A stretch of DNA of 64,000 bases from a virus, in the IMG/VR virus record IMGVR_UViG_3300044632_001398, positions 10,302-74,301 of that record. One strand, written 5' to 3'. The position numbers were made by a program, and so were the translations under genes. Every line of letters begins with the position of its first letter. The first letter of the stretch is position 1. Under the pieces are notes generated by a model. The model saw nothing but the letters and a program-made list of their open reading frames with translations. It did not search any database and was not told where the DNA came from. Shown here piece after piece: positions 20,023 through 30,579 of this stretch.

Positions 20023-21161
20023 AAGTAGGATTTATAGGTATTGGGAAATTAGGTAAGGATGCCGCGGAAGTGATGCATGAAGCGGGTCACGATGTTTTAG
20101 GTTATGACACTAGAACAATTCATGATTGTAAGTTTGAAATGACTTGGTCAATAGAAGACGTGTGTAAACACGGAGAGATTATTTTTATTGCGGTACCAAC
20201 ACCACATCATCCTGAGTATGACGGTAGTCAACCAACATCACATTTAGAACCAAAAGATTTTGATTATTCAATTGTTAAAAACGTATTGGAAGAAATTAAT
20301 CAATACACTACTAAAGAACAATTGGTTGTTTTAATATCAACAGTTTTACCTGGTACAACAAGAAGAGAATTTATTCCTTTAGTTAAAAATTATCGTTTCA
20401 TATATAATCCTTATCTTATTGCAATGGGAACAGTTAAGGAAGATATGATTAGACCCGAAATGATTATAATTGGTACTGAAGATGGAACCACAACGGGTGA
20501 TGCGGATAAACTGACTGAATTTTATGGAACATTTGTTTATCCAAAAACAAGATGTGAAATTGGAACTTGGGATGATGCTGAAGCAATCAAAATATTCTAC
20601 AATACATTTATCTCAACGAAAATATCATTAGTCAATATGATTATGGACGTGGCTGAGAAAAATGGTAATATGAATACTGACGTTGTCACAGGTGCATTAG
20701 AAAGAAGTACATATAGAATATTAGGTCCCGCATATATGAAAGCAGGTATGGGAGATGGAGGAGGGTGTCACCCAAGAGATAATATTGCCTTGAGATATAT
20801 GGCCAAAGAATATGATTTAGGTTACGATTTGTTTGATGCAATAATGAAATCTAGAGAACTACAGGCAAAAAATATAGCAAAGAAGTTGATTGAATTACAT
20901 AATGAAAGTAAGTTACCAATTGTTATTTTAGGTGAAAGTTATAAACCAGGTGTACCATATGTAGATGGTTCATATTCTAAATTAATAGCTCACTATTTGG
21001 ATTATCCTTGGTTATATTATGATAAAATTGTTGAACCTGCAGTATACCTATTAGGACATCGTGGTGTTTATAACGAAACTGTATTTCCTGAAGGTAGTGT
21101 GGTTTTAGATCCTTGGAGAGAACGAAATAAACCAGATACAATTTATTATGGTGGAAAATAA
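20019..21161 (+). CDS. ugd: UDP-glucose/GDP-mannose 6-dehydrogenase
   Basis: GIGKLG, IAVPTP, STVLPGT, K..YN, GDGGGCHPRD catalytic Cys, YKP. Confidence 0.85.
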   Translation: MKVGFIGIGKLGKDAAEVMHEAGHDVLGYDTRTIHDCKFEMTWSIEDVCKHGEIIFIAVPTPHHPEYDGSQPTSHLEPKDFDYSIVKNVLEEINQYTTKEQLVVLISTVLPGTTRREFIPLVKNYRFIYNPYLIAMGTVKEDMIRPEMIIIGTEDGTTTGDADKLTEFYGTFVYPKTRCEIGTWDDAEAIKIFYNTFISTKISLVNMIMDVAEKNGNMNTDVVTGALERSTYRILGPAYMKAGMGDGGGCHPRDNIALRYMAKEYDLGYDLFDAIMKSRELQAKNIAKKLIELHNESKLPIVILGESYKPGVPYVDGSYSKLIAHYLDYPWLYYDKIVEPAVYLLGHRGVYNETVFPEGSVVLDPWRERNKPDTIYYGGK

Positions 21162-22305
21162 GTTTACATATATATCTGATGAAATTCATGACGAATTTGA
21201 AAAAATTTTAGATAGGATTAAATATAAATGGGATATTGAATATAACAAGATTGATTTTGAATTTAAGTATAATAAAAAAGTATATTATGTAATAGAACAA
21301 TCTTTTATTATTTCTAATGAAATTAATAAAATTGAAAAAATTAAAAACAGATTGTTAAATGATGACAATTTTAATTTATTGATATATTCGGCGCACGAAT
21401 CATTAGATAGTACAAAATTAATTTTTTTAAAAAATCTATTTAATGAATATAAGTTCAATGAGAAAAAAATACACTTAGTGAATAATGGTTCTAATTTAAA
21501 TGAACTGCAAATTAAATATAATACCAATTTTAATATATATAGATTGAACATATTATCAAATAATAAGATAGGTGATATGATACATTCTACCGATAGCTTT
21601 TTTAAAAAAAATAAATTAGGTAAATTTTTTATGACATTTAATAAAGAAGATAAAACACATCGTTATGGTTTGTTAATACTTCTGAAAAAATATAATTTAT
21701 TAGAACAAACAAATTGGTCATTCTTACCAACTAATAAAGGGTTAATAAATACGGATAGGTTAAAAAAAATAATGAATGAAGATTTAGTCACCACACTTTC
21801 AAATGAAATTGAATATTTTAAAAATTTAGAATATAAATTTAGTGATTACGAACCTGAGATAGAATTTAATAGAGGAGTAGTTATAGAATTGACTATGAAT
21901 GAGAATATAAAAAATTATGAAAATAGTTATGTAAATTTGACAACCGAATCTGTTTTTGATGAAGGGGGTGAATTAATACACATAACAGAAAAGTCTTATA
22001 AACCATTTTACTATTATCAGTTTCCATTAATTATGGCAAGTAAAAACCATATAAAAAAAATGAAGGAATTATATGACTTGGACTTTTTTGAGGACATGAT
22101 TGATTATTCATATGATAATGTCATTAACAATGAAGAAAGATTTAAATTATATTTTAAGGAAATCTTAAGAATTAATGATAATAAACAAATGTTCATTGAA
22201 TTCTATAATAATAATCAATATAGGTTTGAACAAAATAAACAAAAAGTAATAAATATTATGGATTTATTATTCAACGACTATCAATACTTCACAAATTTAA
22301 TATAA
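21148..22305 (+). CDS. GT10-like family member 4
   Basis: FMTFNK..K.HR, NLTTES..HITEKSYKPF..QFP. Confidence 0.5.
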   Translation: MVENKFTYISDEIHDEFEKILDRIKYKWDIEYNKIDFEFKYNKKVYYVIEQSFIISNEINKIEKIKNRLLNDDNFNLLIYSAHESLDSTKLIFLKNLFNEYKFNEKKIHLVNNGSNLNELQIKYNTNFNIYRLNILSNNKIGDMIHSTDSFFKKNKLGKFFMTFNKEDKTHRYGLLILLKKYNLLEQTNWSFLPTNKGLINTDRLKKIMNEDLVTTLSNEIEYFKNLEYKFSDYEPEIEFNRGVVIELTMNENIKNYENSYVNLTTESVFDEGGELIHITEKSYKPFYYYQFPLIMASKNHIKKMKELYDLDFFEDMIDYSYDNVINNEERFKLYFKEILRINDNKQMFIEFYNNNQYRFEQNKQKVINIMDLLFNDYQYFTNLI

Positions 22306-23603
22306 TGCAAAAAGTTTTTAATTTAGTATACGACAGGTGGGATGACGAAAGCGGAATACCATACCCAAACTTAAAATTGAATTTCCCAACTTTACATATG
22401 AACGACCCCGATAATTTAATCTTACATTATATGGATGACACTTCATTTACTGATAAGTTTAAAAAAAAGAAATGTAAACTTGGTGAAGTTATAGATAACA
22501 TTAATCAAAATTACTATTTCATAATCAGTCACGGAGGTGTAAATGCACATGAAATGTTTATTGACGAAAGAGATATTCATAATGTTAAAATATTAGACCC
22601 TTTAGACTTCCACATAAAAGATTTTCTTAAAAAATATGACAATTTTTATGTTATATTTTTAACAGAACATGAACCTGACAATGAAAAAAGTTTTAGACTT
22701 ATTAACAAATATATGATTGATAATGGAATTGATACAAAAAAAATATATATAGTCAACAATAATTCTAAGTTAGAAGAATATAAAGAAAAATATAATAGTG
22801 AAATTAATGTATACAAATTAAATTTTATTCCTCATTCATCAACTAAAGTTTTAGATAAAATGGGAGGATGTGATTTTGTTGATAATAAAAAAGGTAAATT
22901 TTTTATGTGTTTTAATAAATCACCAAAAGTACACAGATACGCATTTTTATGTATGATAAAAAAGGAGGGACTATTAGAAGAAATTAATTGGTCATTGGTA
23001 CCTGGCTGGGACTGTAGTCCAAAAGATGATTTTTATACTAAGATATTCACATATGATGATAAAAAATATTACAACGATGAAATTGAGTATTTTTTTAAAT
23101 TAAAATTTAAAAGAAGTGAATATGAAGAAGATAAAGGTTGGTTTAATCAATTTAACGAAATTAATACTGAGGGGTTCCCAATTTGGCTTCACAACCCCGA
23201 ATTAATGGAAAACTATGAAAGTTCATATGTAAACATAATAACAGAATCTATGTTTTTAGATGAGAATAATAATGTACATATTTCCGAAAAATCATTTAAA
23301 CCTCTATTTTATTATCAATTTCCATTAATATTATCATCTTTTGGACACATAAAAAAAATGAAGGAATTACATGGATTTGATTTCTTTGATGACATAGTGG
23401 ACCATAGTTATGACAATGAACCTAATCAAAGAAAAAGACTTGATATGTTTGTAAATGAAATTAAACGACTAAACAATATGAAGGATGAACTCATTTATTT
23501 TTATAAAAATAATAAAATAAGATTTCAAGAAAATAAAAATAAAGTAATTGATATATTAAAAATAGTTGATGAAGATTATAAATTTTTTGATAGTTTAATA
23601 TGA
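22305..23603 (+). CDS. GT10-like family member 5
   Basis: FMCFNKSPKVHR, NIITES..HISEKSFKPL..QFP. Confidence 0.5.
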   Translation: MQKVFNLVYDRWDDESGIPYPNLKLNFPTLHMNDPDNLILHYMDDTSFTDKFKKKKCKLGEVIDNINQNYYFIISHGGVNAHEMFIDERDIHNVKILDPLDFHIKDFLKKYDNFYVIFLTEHEPDNEKSFRLINKYMIDNGIDTKKIYIVNNNSKLEEYKEKYNSEINVYKLNFIPHSSTKVLDKMGGCDFVDNKKGKFFMCFNKSPKVHRYAFLCMIKKEGLLEEINWSLVPGWDCSPKDDFYTKIFTYDDKKYYNDEIEYFFKLKFKRSEYEEDKGWFNQFNEINTEGFPIWLHNPELMENYESSYVNIITESMFLDENNNVHISEKSFKPLFYYQFPLILSSFGHIKKMKELHGFDFFDDIVDHSYDNEPNQRKRLDMFVNEIKRLNNMKDELIYFYKNNKIRFQENKNKVIDILKIVDEDYKFFDSLI

Positions 23604-24166
23604 ATAAACTACTAATAACAGGAGATAGTTTTGCCGCAGATTGGACCAAAAAATACGAAGGTATTGGATGGGTTAATATGTTGTGTGATGAATTTGATGT
23701 GACTAACATAGCTCAAGCGGGGGTTAGTGAATATAAAATTCGTAAACAATTGTTATCTCAAGATATTACACAATATGATTATGTTTTAATATCACACACC
23801 AGTCCGTATAGAATACCAATTATTGAACACCCAATACATTCAAACGATATATTACATAGAGATTGTGATTTAATATATAGTGACATAAAAGAACACGTTA
23901 AAAATCCAATAGCAAAAACGGCAGTTGATTTTTATGAAAATATATTTTATCCAGAATATTTTATATATACGTATGAATTAATAATGAATGAAATCCAAGT
24001 TAATTACCCAAATGCAATAAACATTACATTTTTTGATAGTTTTAAAAATGATAAAGTTTATGGTTTTGAAGACGTGTATTTAAATAATAAGGGGTTGATG
24101 AACCATATGAATAACAAAGGAAATAAGATAATATATAATAAAGTTAAAAAATTAATTAATGAATAA
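23600..24166 (+). CDS. SGNH-like protein
   Basis: TGDSF, N.AQAGVS, NHMN..GN. Confidence 0.6.
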   Translation: MNKLLITGDSFAADWTKKYEGIGWVNMLCDEFDVTNIAQAGVSEYKIRKQLLSQDITQYDYVLISHTSPYRIPIIEHPIHSNDILHRDCDLIYSDIKEHVKNPIAKTAVDFYENIFYPEYFIYTYELIMNEIQVNYPNAINITFFDSFKNDKVYGFEDVYLNNKGLMNHMNNKGNKIIYNKVKKLINE

Positions 24167-24893
24167 ACTTTGGACATTTGGGTGTAGTTTCACACATGGG
24201 TTTCATTTGGATGATTTTTCAAATGGAAGTAATATAATGATTCAATATTATAATTGGAGAAATAAAACGTTACCTAAAATATGGCCCGAAATTTTATCAG
24301 AAAAATTGGAATTGGAACTAGAAAATCATGCGTGGCCTGGTTCATCCATTTATAAAATATTTGATAGATTTTGTAAACAATGTCATAAATTTAAAAAGGG
24401 AGATGTGATAATTTATGAATGGACAAGAATTCATCGTTTTAGAATGTATGAATCTGGTATTAACGGATGTCTCCCAACAATATTACCAATTTTTAATCCA
24501 AATATAGATAATGGTAGTCAACCAATAACAAAAAAAGCCATTATTGAAATACAGGTTAATAGAACCGAGAGACCATGGGTTGAAGAAATATATTCATTTC
24601 AAAAATTAATAATTGAAATTTGTAAATCAATAGGTTGTGAAATTTATATATGGTCCGCAGATGATTTTATAATCAATAGAGAATCTCAAGAGTTTAAAGA
24701 TAGTATTAATTGTTTAATACCACACGCAACTCATGACGTAACTCAATATTTGAGATTGGTTTATGGTGCAAATACAATATGGGAAGATACTGATAAAAAA
24801 GTTGATGACCAACAACATTACGGTGAAACGGGACATAAGGTAATGGCGGAAATGTTTTATGATGATATAATAAATTATAGAAATAAAAAATAA
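24159..24893 (+). CDS. SGNH-like protein
   Basis: FGCSFT, WP, N.A.PGSS, DQQHYG..GH. Confidence 0.6.
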   Translation: MNKLWTFGCSFTHGFHLDDFSNGSNIMIQYYNWRNKTLPKIWPEILSEKLELELENHAWPGSSIYKIFDRFCKQCHKFKKGDVIIYEWTRIHRFRMYESGINGCLPTILPIFNPNIDNGSQPITKKAIIEIQVNRTERPWVEEIYSFQKLIIEICKSIGCEIYIWSADDFIINRESQEFKDSINCLIPHATHDVTQYLRLVYGANTIWEDTDKKVDDQQHYGETGHKVMAEMFYDDIINYRNKK

Positions 24894-25600
24894 TGAAAAC
24901 ACTTTGGATATTTGGAGACAGCTTTAGTTCTGATTATGATTATAATCACCTACACGAGAACCATATAAAGTATATGGAAATTAAAAACATTAATACAATT
25001 CCAACTTGGTCAACTATATTGGGAGATAAATTAATGTGTAATGTTAAAAATTTAGCAAAGGGAGAAAATTCCAATTATGATATTTTTCAAAACTTTTGTG
25101 ACAACTGTAGTTTAATTGATAATGAGGATATTGTTATTATCGGATGGTCATTAATATCTAAGTTTAGAATTTCACTCAATAATCAATTTGTTAGTATTGG
25201 TCCTGATTCCAATAGAGATTATGGTTCCGTTTCAAAAGATACAATAAAAGAAATTATAGACAATAGAACTATGTTATATGAAAATAAACGAGATAGATGG
25301 GCCGAAGAAATTTATTTTTGGGAAAATGCAATAAGAACCCTATCAAAACACAAAAATTTTAAAGTTTATTTTTGGACGTCAGAAGAACCAAGATTAATTT
25401 ATTCTGAAAATAAAGAATTTAAAGAAAATAAAAATTATTTGTGTTCCGAAAGTGAAGAAATGTTATTATCTTATTTAAATAAATTAGGTTGTACATCTAT
25501 GAGTGATGAAACTAATGGTATTGTTGGTGATTCACACTATGGTATTGATGGACACGAAAAACAAGCAGATATTTTTTTTAATGATATTATAAATGGATAA
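24893..25600 (+). CDS. SGNH-like protein
   Basis: FGDSFS, NLAKGENSN, DSHYG..GH. Confidence 0.6.
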   Translation: MKTLWIFGDSFSSDYDYNHLHENHIKYMEIKNINTIPTWSTILGDKLMCNVKNLAKGENSNYDIFQNFCDNCSLIDNEDIVIIGWSLISKFRISLNNQFVSIGPDSNRDYGSVSKDTIKEIIDNRTMLYENKRDRWAEEIYFWENAIRTLSKHKNFKVYFWTSEEPRLIYSENKEFKENKNYLCSESEEMLLSYLNKLGCTSMSDETNGIVGDSHYGIDGHEKQADIFFNDIING

Positions 25601-26393
25601 AAATAAAAATACTTTATGGACCTTTGGTTGTAGTTTTACCGCAGAATACGAACCAATTGATAATGTACATTCACCTTACGAAAACAATTACGATAGATAT
25701 AGAAATTGGAGAGGAGGAAATTTACCTCCGACATGGCCAAATATTATGGCTAAGTTTATGGATTATAATGTAATGAATTGTGCATTAGGAGGCTCATCTA
25801 ACTATAATATTTTAATGCAGTTTTCAAATATATCACATTTAATAAAAAAAGATGATATCCTTATTTTTGGTTGGAGTAAATTAACAAGATTTATTGCGGC
25901 AAATTTCGTAGAGAATATTTTTAATAATGTTTTACCTGTAGGTTCAAATTATAATGATTTAGGGATGTCTCAAAACACAATTGACGAAATATTAGTAAAT
26001 AGGACACATAAAATATGGAAATATGAAGTTCATAGTTGGATTAGAATTATTAGTTCACTTTGTAAAAATGTGGGTGCGGAAGATTTTCATTGGTCTAGTG
26101 ATGAAAAAGTTTTTAGTGCGGAGGACAATAATATAATAAATGACTCAAAATATATTGTAGTAAGAGATCCGGCGGCAATTGAAAGTACTATATTCGTAGA
26201 CAAACATAACATGATGTGGTATTTAACACATCAAGATCATTATGGTGGTATACAAAAAGGAAAAATAATGGACGAAACCAATTATGAAATAATGGACGGT
26301 CATATGGGTGAATTAGGACATCAGTTACAGGCGGAAATATTTTTTGAACATTTATTAGACCACAGTGAAATTTTAAAAAGAAAAAGATTATGA
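25593..26393 (+). CDS. SGNH-like protein
   Basis: FGCSFT, NCALGGSSN, DGHMG..GH. Confidence 0.6.
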   Translation: MDKNKNTLWTFGCSFTAEYEPIDNVHSPYENNYDRYRNWRGGNLPPTWPNIMAKFMDYNVMNCALGGSSNYNILMQFSNISHLIKKDDILIFGWSKLTRFIAANFVENIFNNVLPVGSNYNDLGMSQNTIDEILVNRTHKIWKYEVHSWIRIISSLCKNVGAEDFHWSSDEKVFSAEDNNIINDSKYIVVRDPAAIESTIFVDKHNMMWYLTHQDHYGGIQKGKIMDETNYEIMDGHMGELGHQLQAEIFFEHLLDHSEILKRKRL

Positions 26394-27013
26394 GATTAAT
26401 ATGTTTTGGGGATAGTTGGACTGCAGGACATGGAATTGAAACTGATGTAAAATATAAAGAAGAACCATTTCCTCATATGTTTATTCAAAAATTAAGAGAT
26501 ATGAACTCATGGCCAAGATGGGTCTCGGATAAATTAAAATGTGAATATGTTAATTTAGGGGTATGTGGTTATGGAAACGAATATATTTTAAAAGATTTAA
26601 AAGAAACAATAGAAAATGGGTTTATCAATAAAGATGATATTGTTATTATAATGTTATCTTATCCATATCGTTATAAATCAAAAGATATCCATAATGTGAC
26701 TGAAATATATCTATTAATGGAAGAATTGTTAGAAGGATATAATCATTTTTACTTTAATTCTTTTTACCCATCGTTTAGGGAGGAGGATGTTGATACAAAA
26801 AAACTACCAGAGTATTTTATAAATCCCGATAGGTGTGTGTCTGATGTATTAAGAAAGTATGAAATAAAAAATGATATTAGTGTTTGGGAGTATGGGAGTA
26901 GAAGTGTGTGGAACGACGAAAAGAACTTTTACGAAGGAGATTATCATCCAAATTTAAAAGGTTATAAAATAATTGCCAAACACATATATGACGAAATTAA
27001 ACGAAGAATCTAA
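26390..27013 (+). CDS. SGNH-like protein
   Basis: FGDSWTAG, NLGVCGYGN, DYHPN..GY. Confidence 0.7.
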   Translation: MRLICFGDSWTAGHGIETDVKYKEEPFPHMFIQKLRDMNSWPRWVSDKLKCEYVNLGVCGYGNEYILKDLKETIENGFINKDDIVIIMLSYPYRYKSKDIHNVTEIYLLMEELLEGYNHFYFNSFYPSFREEDVDTKKLPEYFINPDRCVSDVLRKYEIKNDISVWEYGSRSVWNDEKNFYEGDYHPNLKGYKIIAKHIYDEIKRRI

Positions 27014-27722
27014 ATTAATTTGGGAACAATATTTGATTGAGGAATATGTCAAATATGTGGACTATATTCCAAGTATTTCAAAGGAAACAGACCATTATGC
27101 GGTTATAATTGAACCCAGAAATCATCCTGATTTACTTACAGTTATCAAATCAACTATGTTTCACTTAAACGAAACAAATTCACTCATAAAATGGGGACTA
27201 CAGATATTTTATGGTAATCAAAATGAAACTCAAGTACAAAATATATGTTCACTTATAAATAATGTTACTTGTGTTAATATGGATGTTGACAACCTAACAA
27301 ACATTCAACATAGTGAATATATGGAAAGTGTAGATTTTTGGAGGAAAGTAAAGGGTAATAAGGCTTTAATTTTTCAAACAGATTCGTTATTATTAAGGAA
27401 CGGGATTGATGAGTTCTTAGAATACGATTATGTTGGTGCACCGTGGAGAAAACCTAAAGAGAATCAATGGGTTGGGAATGGTGGACTATCTCTGAGAACT
27501 GTGAGTAAGATGGTAGAAATCTGTGAAAATAACCCTGTTACGGAACAGATTTGGGAGGATATTTATTTTATGAAACATATGAAGGGAGTCGGAGTTGCTG
27601 ACATAGAAACCGCAATGAGATTTAGTATGGAGGATGTTTTTTCACCAAACCCCTTAGGAGTTCATAATCCGATAAGACACATAACACCAGAACAATTAAA
27701 AAAGGTTTTATATAAAAATTAA
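26973..27722 (+). CDS. DUF5672-like putative glycosyltransferase
   Basis: IEPR, IFQTDS, YDYVGAPW, VGNGGLSLR, ED.YF. Confidence 0.75.
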   Translation: MPNTYMTKLNEESKLIWEQYLIEEYVKYVDYIPSISKETDHYAVIIEPRNHPDLLTVIKSTMFHLNETNSLIKWGLQIFYGNQNETQVQNICSLINNVTCVNMDVDNLTNIQHSEYMESVDFWRKVKGNKALIFQTDSLLLRNGIDEFLEYDYVGAPWRKPKENQWVGNGGLSLRTVSKMVEICENNPVTEQIWEDIYFMKHMKGVGVADIETAMRFSMEDVFSPNPLGVHNPIRHITPEQLKKVLYKN

Positions 27723-27725
27723 GTA

Positions 27726-29393
27726 ATGTATATAATAGGAATTTCAGCACTGTACCACGATTCATCTGTATGTTTATTCAGAGATAACCAATTAATATTT
27801 GCATGTGAAGAGGAGAAGTTTACAGGTATTAAACATGATAATTCCTTTCCTGAAGAAGCCCTGAAATATATATACAAACAATACAAATTAACACCAAAAA
27901 ATGTACAGGCAGTTTGTTATTATGAAGACCCTAAATTAAAATATAAAAGGGTGATGGATAACATCAAACCTCAATGGTTGAAGAACCCAATTTATTCTTT
28001 GAAATCTTATTTAAAAATTAAAAAGAACGTTAAAGAAATTGATGAAAGATTAAGAAAAATATCACAAAATGTATTTTACTCAACACATCATGAGGCACAT
28101 CTTTATTATTCCTATTATACTTCATCTTTTGATGAAGCGACTTGTTTATCAATTGATGGTGTTGGTGAGATAGATACACTTTCTTTGGGTTACGCTGACT
28201 ATAAAGGTATCAAATACGAACCATTAGCTGAGTACCCACATTCAATGGGTTTATTTTATTCAGCAATGACTTCTTTCTTAGGGTTTAGACCAAACGAGGG
28301 TGAGTATAAGATGATGGGGTTAGCTCCTTATGGTGATTATAAAGTTCATATAAAAAACGCAAGGAAACTAATGAATTTTACTGATGGAAAATTAACTTGT
28401 AATTTGGATGTATTTTGTTGGCATAAAACCGATAAAACTATGTTCAATGAAAAATTACCAGAACTATTATCGGTATCACAAAGATTACCTGAAGAAGAAA
28501 TAACACAAGACCATAAAGATTTAGCAGCTTCAATACAAAGAGTTTATGAAGAGGTATTGTTTGATGTGATGAAACACGTTAAAAAGAAAACTAAAAACAA
28601 AAATTTATGTTTAGGTGGTGGTTGCGCTTATAATGGTACCGCAAATGGTAAGATAGTAGAAAAAACACATTTTGAACATTTGTGGATACCACCTGCACCT
28701 TCTGATGCGGGATCTGCAATAGGTGCTGTTGTTCATTATTTAGTGAAAGAAAGAAAAGTAAGAAGTAAAATCACAAGAAACCCATTCTTGGGACCACAAT
28801 ATTATTACGATGATATTAAAAAAGTAATTACACCGTATCACTACAAAAAATTTGAGTCAGAACGAAAATTAAAAGAATTTATTGCTCTTAGATTAAATGA
28901 AGGTAAAGTCGTTGGTTGGTATCAAGGACATATTGAGTTCGGTTCAAGAGCATTGGGTAATAGATCAATATTAGCAAACCCAACATTCCCTGACATGAAA
29001 GATAAAATTAATCGTGTTATTAAGAAAAGAGAAGGATTTAGACCTTTCGCACCTATGGTTATTAAAGACGAACAACACACATATTTTGATATGGTAGATG
29101 ACGTTCCTTATATGAACCAAGTGGTTAAGGTTAAAGAAGAATATAAAGATAAATTACCGGCGGTTACTCACGTTGATGGTAGTGCTAGAGTCCAAACTGT
29201 ATATAAACATACCTTAATTTACGATTTACTATTAGAATTTAAAAAACTTAGTGGTTACCCAATTCTTTTGAATACGTCGTTTAACGTAAAAGATAAAACA
29301 ATGGTACTAACACCAAAAGATGCGGTGGAAACATACTTTGATACTGAGATGGATATTTTAGTTATGGGTAATTATGTAATGTATAAAAAATAA
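27726..29393 (+). CDS. O-carbamoyltransferase (NodU/CmcH family)
   Basis: YHDSS, EEEKF..KH, HHEAH, DGVGE, EGEYKMMGLAPYG, GGCAYN, EFGSRALGNRSILA, RPFAP, HVDGSARVQTV, LNTSFN. Confidence 0.95.
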   Translation: MYIIGISALYHDSSVCLFRDNQLIFACEEEKFTGIKHDNSFPEEALKYIYKQYKLTPKNVQAVCYYEDPKLKYKRVMDNIKPQWLKNPIYSLKSYLKIKKNVKEIDERLRKISQNVFYSTHHEAHLYYSYYTSSFDEATCLSIDGVGEIDTLSLGYADYKGIKYEPLAEYPHSMGLFYSAMTSFLGFRPNEGEYKMMGLAPYGDYKVHIKNARKLMNFTDGKLTCNLDVFCWHKTDKTMFNEKLPELLSVSQRLPEEEITQDHKDLAASIQRVYEEVLFDVMKHVKKKTKNKNLCLGGGCAYNGTANGKIVEKTHFEHLWIPPAPSDAGSAIGAVVHYLVKERKVRSKITRNPFLGPQYYYDDIKKVITPYHYKKFESERKLKEFIALRLNEGKVVGWYQGHIEFGSRALGNRSILANPTFPDMKDKINRVIKKREGFRPFAPMVIKDEQHTYFDMVDDVPYMNQVVKVKEEYKDKLPAVTHVDGSARVQTVYKHTLIYDLLLEFKKLSGYPILLNTSFNVKDKTMVLTPKDAVETYFDTEMDILVMGNYVMYKK

Positions 29394-29398
29394 AAATT

Positions 29399-29515
29399 AT
29401 GAAAAAATTAATCAATTGGGTAAAGAAATACTTTGCCGATAAGAAAAGAAAGAAGGAATTTAAAAAGAAATTAGAAGAATTACGTAAAAGAGATCCATTT
29501 ATTTACAATCATTAA
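29399..29515 (+). CDS. 38-aa basic peptide ending RDPFIYNH (absent from ORF track)
   Basis: Manual translation MKKLINWVKKYFADKKRKKEFKKKLEELRKRDPFIYNH, 5 nt after the carbamoyltransferase stop. Confidence 0.65.
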   Translation: MKKLINWVKKYFADKKRKKEFKKKLEELRKRDPFIYNH

Positions 29516-29549
29516 TTTGTTTTTTGAAATTCTTTTTGTATATTAAAGT

Positions 29550-29987
29550 ATGATATATTGGTTAACAGGACAACCTGCGGCAGGTAAAACAACATTGGCA
29601 ACTTGGATTCAATCAAGTTTCCCTAATAAGTCTATAATTGTGGATGGTGATGATATTAGAGAGATATTCGTAAATAAAGACTATTCAGAGGAAGGAAGGA
29701 AGAAAAACATTGAAAAGGCTCAGATTTTGGCTAAGTTCCTTCATCATAAGGGTTATATTGTTATAGTATCGTTAGTTTCACCATACAGAGATCAAAGGGA
29801 AGAGTTTAAAAACGAAATGGGGGAAAACCTAAGGGAAATCTATGTACATACCACCCAAGATAGAGGACGTAATCATTTTCACGTTGAGGGGTATGAACCA
29901 CCTTTGGAAAACTATTTTGACTGCGACACTACCGATAGTAGTGAATATCACACATTTTTAGAATTAAGAAGAAAATTAAATATATAA
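29550..29987 (+). CDS. cysC: Adenylyl-sulfate (APS) kinase, compact
   Basis: WLTGQPAAGKTT, DGDDIRE, DYSEEGR..N, VSLVSPY, YEPP. Confidence 0.8.
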   Translation: MIYWLTGQPAAGKTTLATWIQSSFPNKSIIVDGDDIREIFVNKDYSEEGRKKNIEKAQILAKFLHHKGYIVIVSLVSPYRDQREEFKNEMGENLREIYVHTTQDRGRNHFHVEGYEPPLENYFDCDTTDSSEYHTFLELRRKLNI

Positions 29988-29990
29988 TAT

Positions 29991-30353
29991 ATGAGTAAGA
30001 AATATGCGATGTATGTGGGTCGTTGGCAAAATTGGCATAAGGGTCACGAATGGTTAATTAACCAACAATTAGAAAAGGGTAAAGATGTGTGGGTAGCAAT
30101 TAGAAATGTTCCAACTGATGAAAATAACCCTAAAACTGCTCAAGAAGTGATGATGGAATTAGCGGGAGAACCGTTTTTTATGGAAAATTCACATAGAATT
30201 AACATATCTATTATACCGGACATTGAAAGTATAAATTATGGTCGTGGAGTGGGTTATGATGTTATTTATCATGAACCACCACCTGAGGTAGAAGTAATAA
30301 GTGGAACTAAAATCCGTAATGGGGAAATGAATTCAGATGGTAGTAGAGCGTAA
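29991..30353 (+). CDS. HxGH nucleotidyltransferase (cytidylyltransferase-like; candidate minimal ATP sulfurylase)
   Basis: GRWQNWHKGH, YGRGVGY, ISGTKIR. Confidence 0.7.
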   Translation: MSKKYAMYVGRWQNWHKGHEWLINQQLEKGKDVWVAIRNVPTDENNPKTAQEVMMELAGEPFFMENSHRINISIIPDIESINYGRGVGYDVIYHEPPPEVEVISGTKIRNGEMNSDGSRA

Positions 30354-30552
30354 ACGACATATAGCTAAAACCATTTCATATCGTATTGTAAGTACCCTAA
30401 TTGGGTTCATTATAATGTGGTGGGTAAGTGGATCGATTAAGGTTGGGGCGGCATTTGGGGTAGCGGAATTGATATATAAACCCATTCAATACTATCTACA
30501 CGAAAGAATTTGGTATAAATGGATAAAATTTGGACTAAAAGATAAAAAATAA
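30337..30552 (+). CDS. DUF2061-like small membrane protein
   Basis: RHIAKTISYR..YYLHERIW..I.FG. Confidence 0.8.
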   Translation: MVVERKRHIAKTISYRIVSTLIGFIIMWWVSGSIKVGAAFGVAELIYKPIQYYLHERIWYKWIKFGLKDKK

Positions 30553-30561
30553 GTATTTATA
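30552..30561 (+). promoter_or_regulatory. Putative late promoter AGTATTTATA
   Basis: The same 10-mer recurs at 43213-43222 and 44509-44518 upstream of virion-type genes. Confidence 0.5.
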
Positions 30562-30579
30562 TAAAGAAACTAAAAAAAT

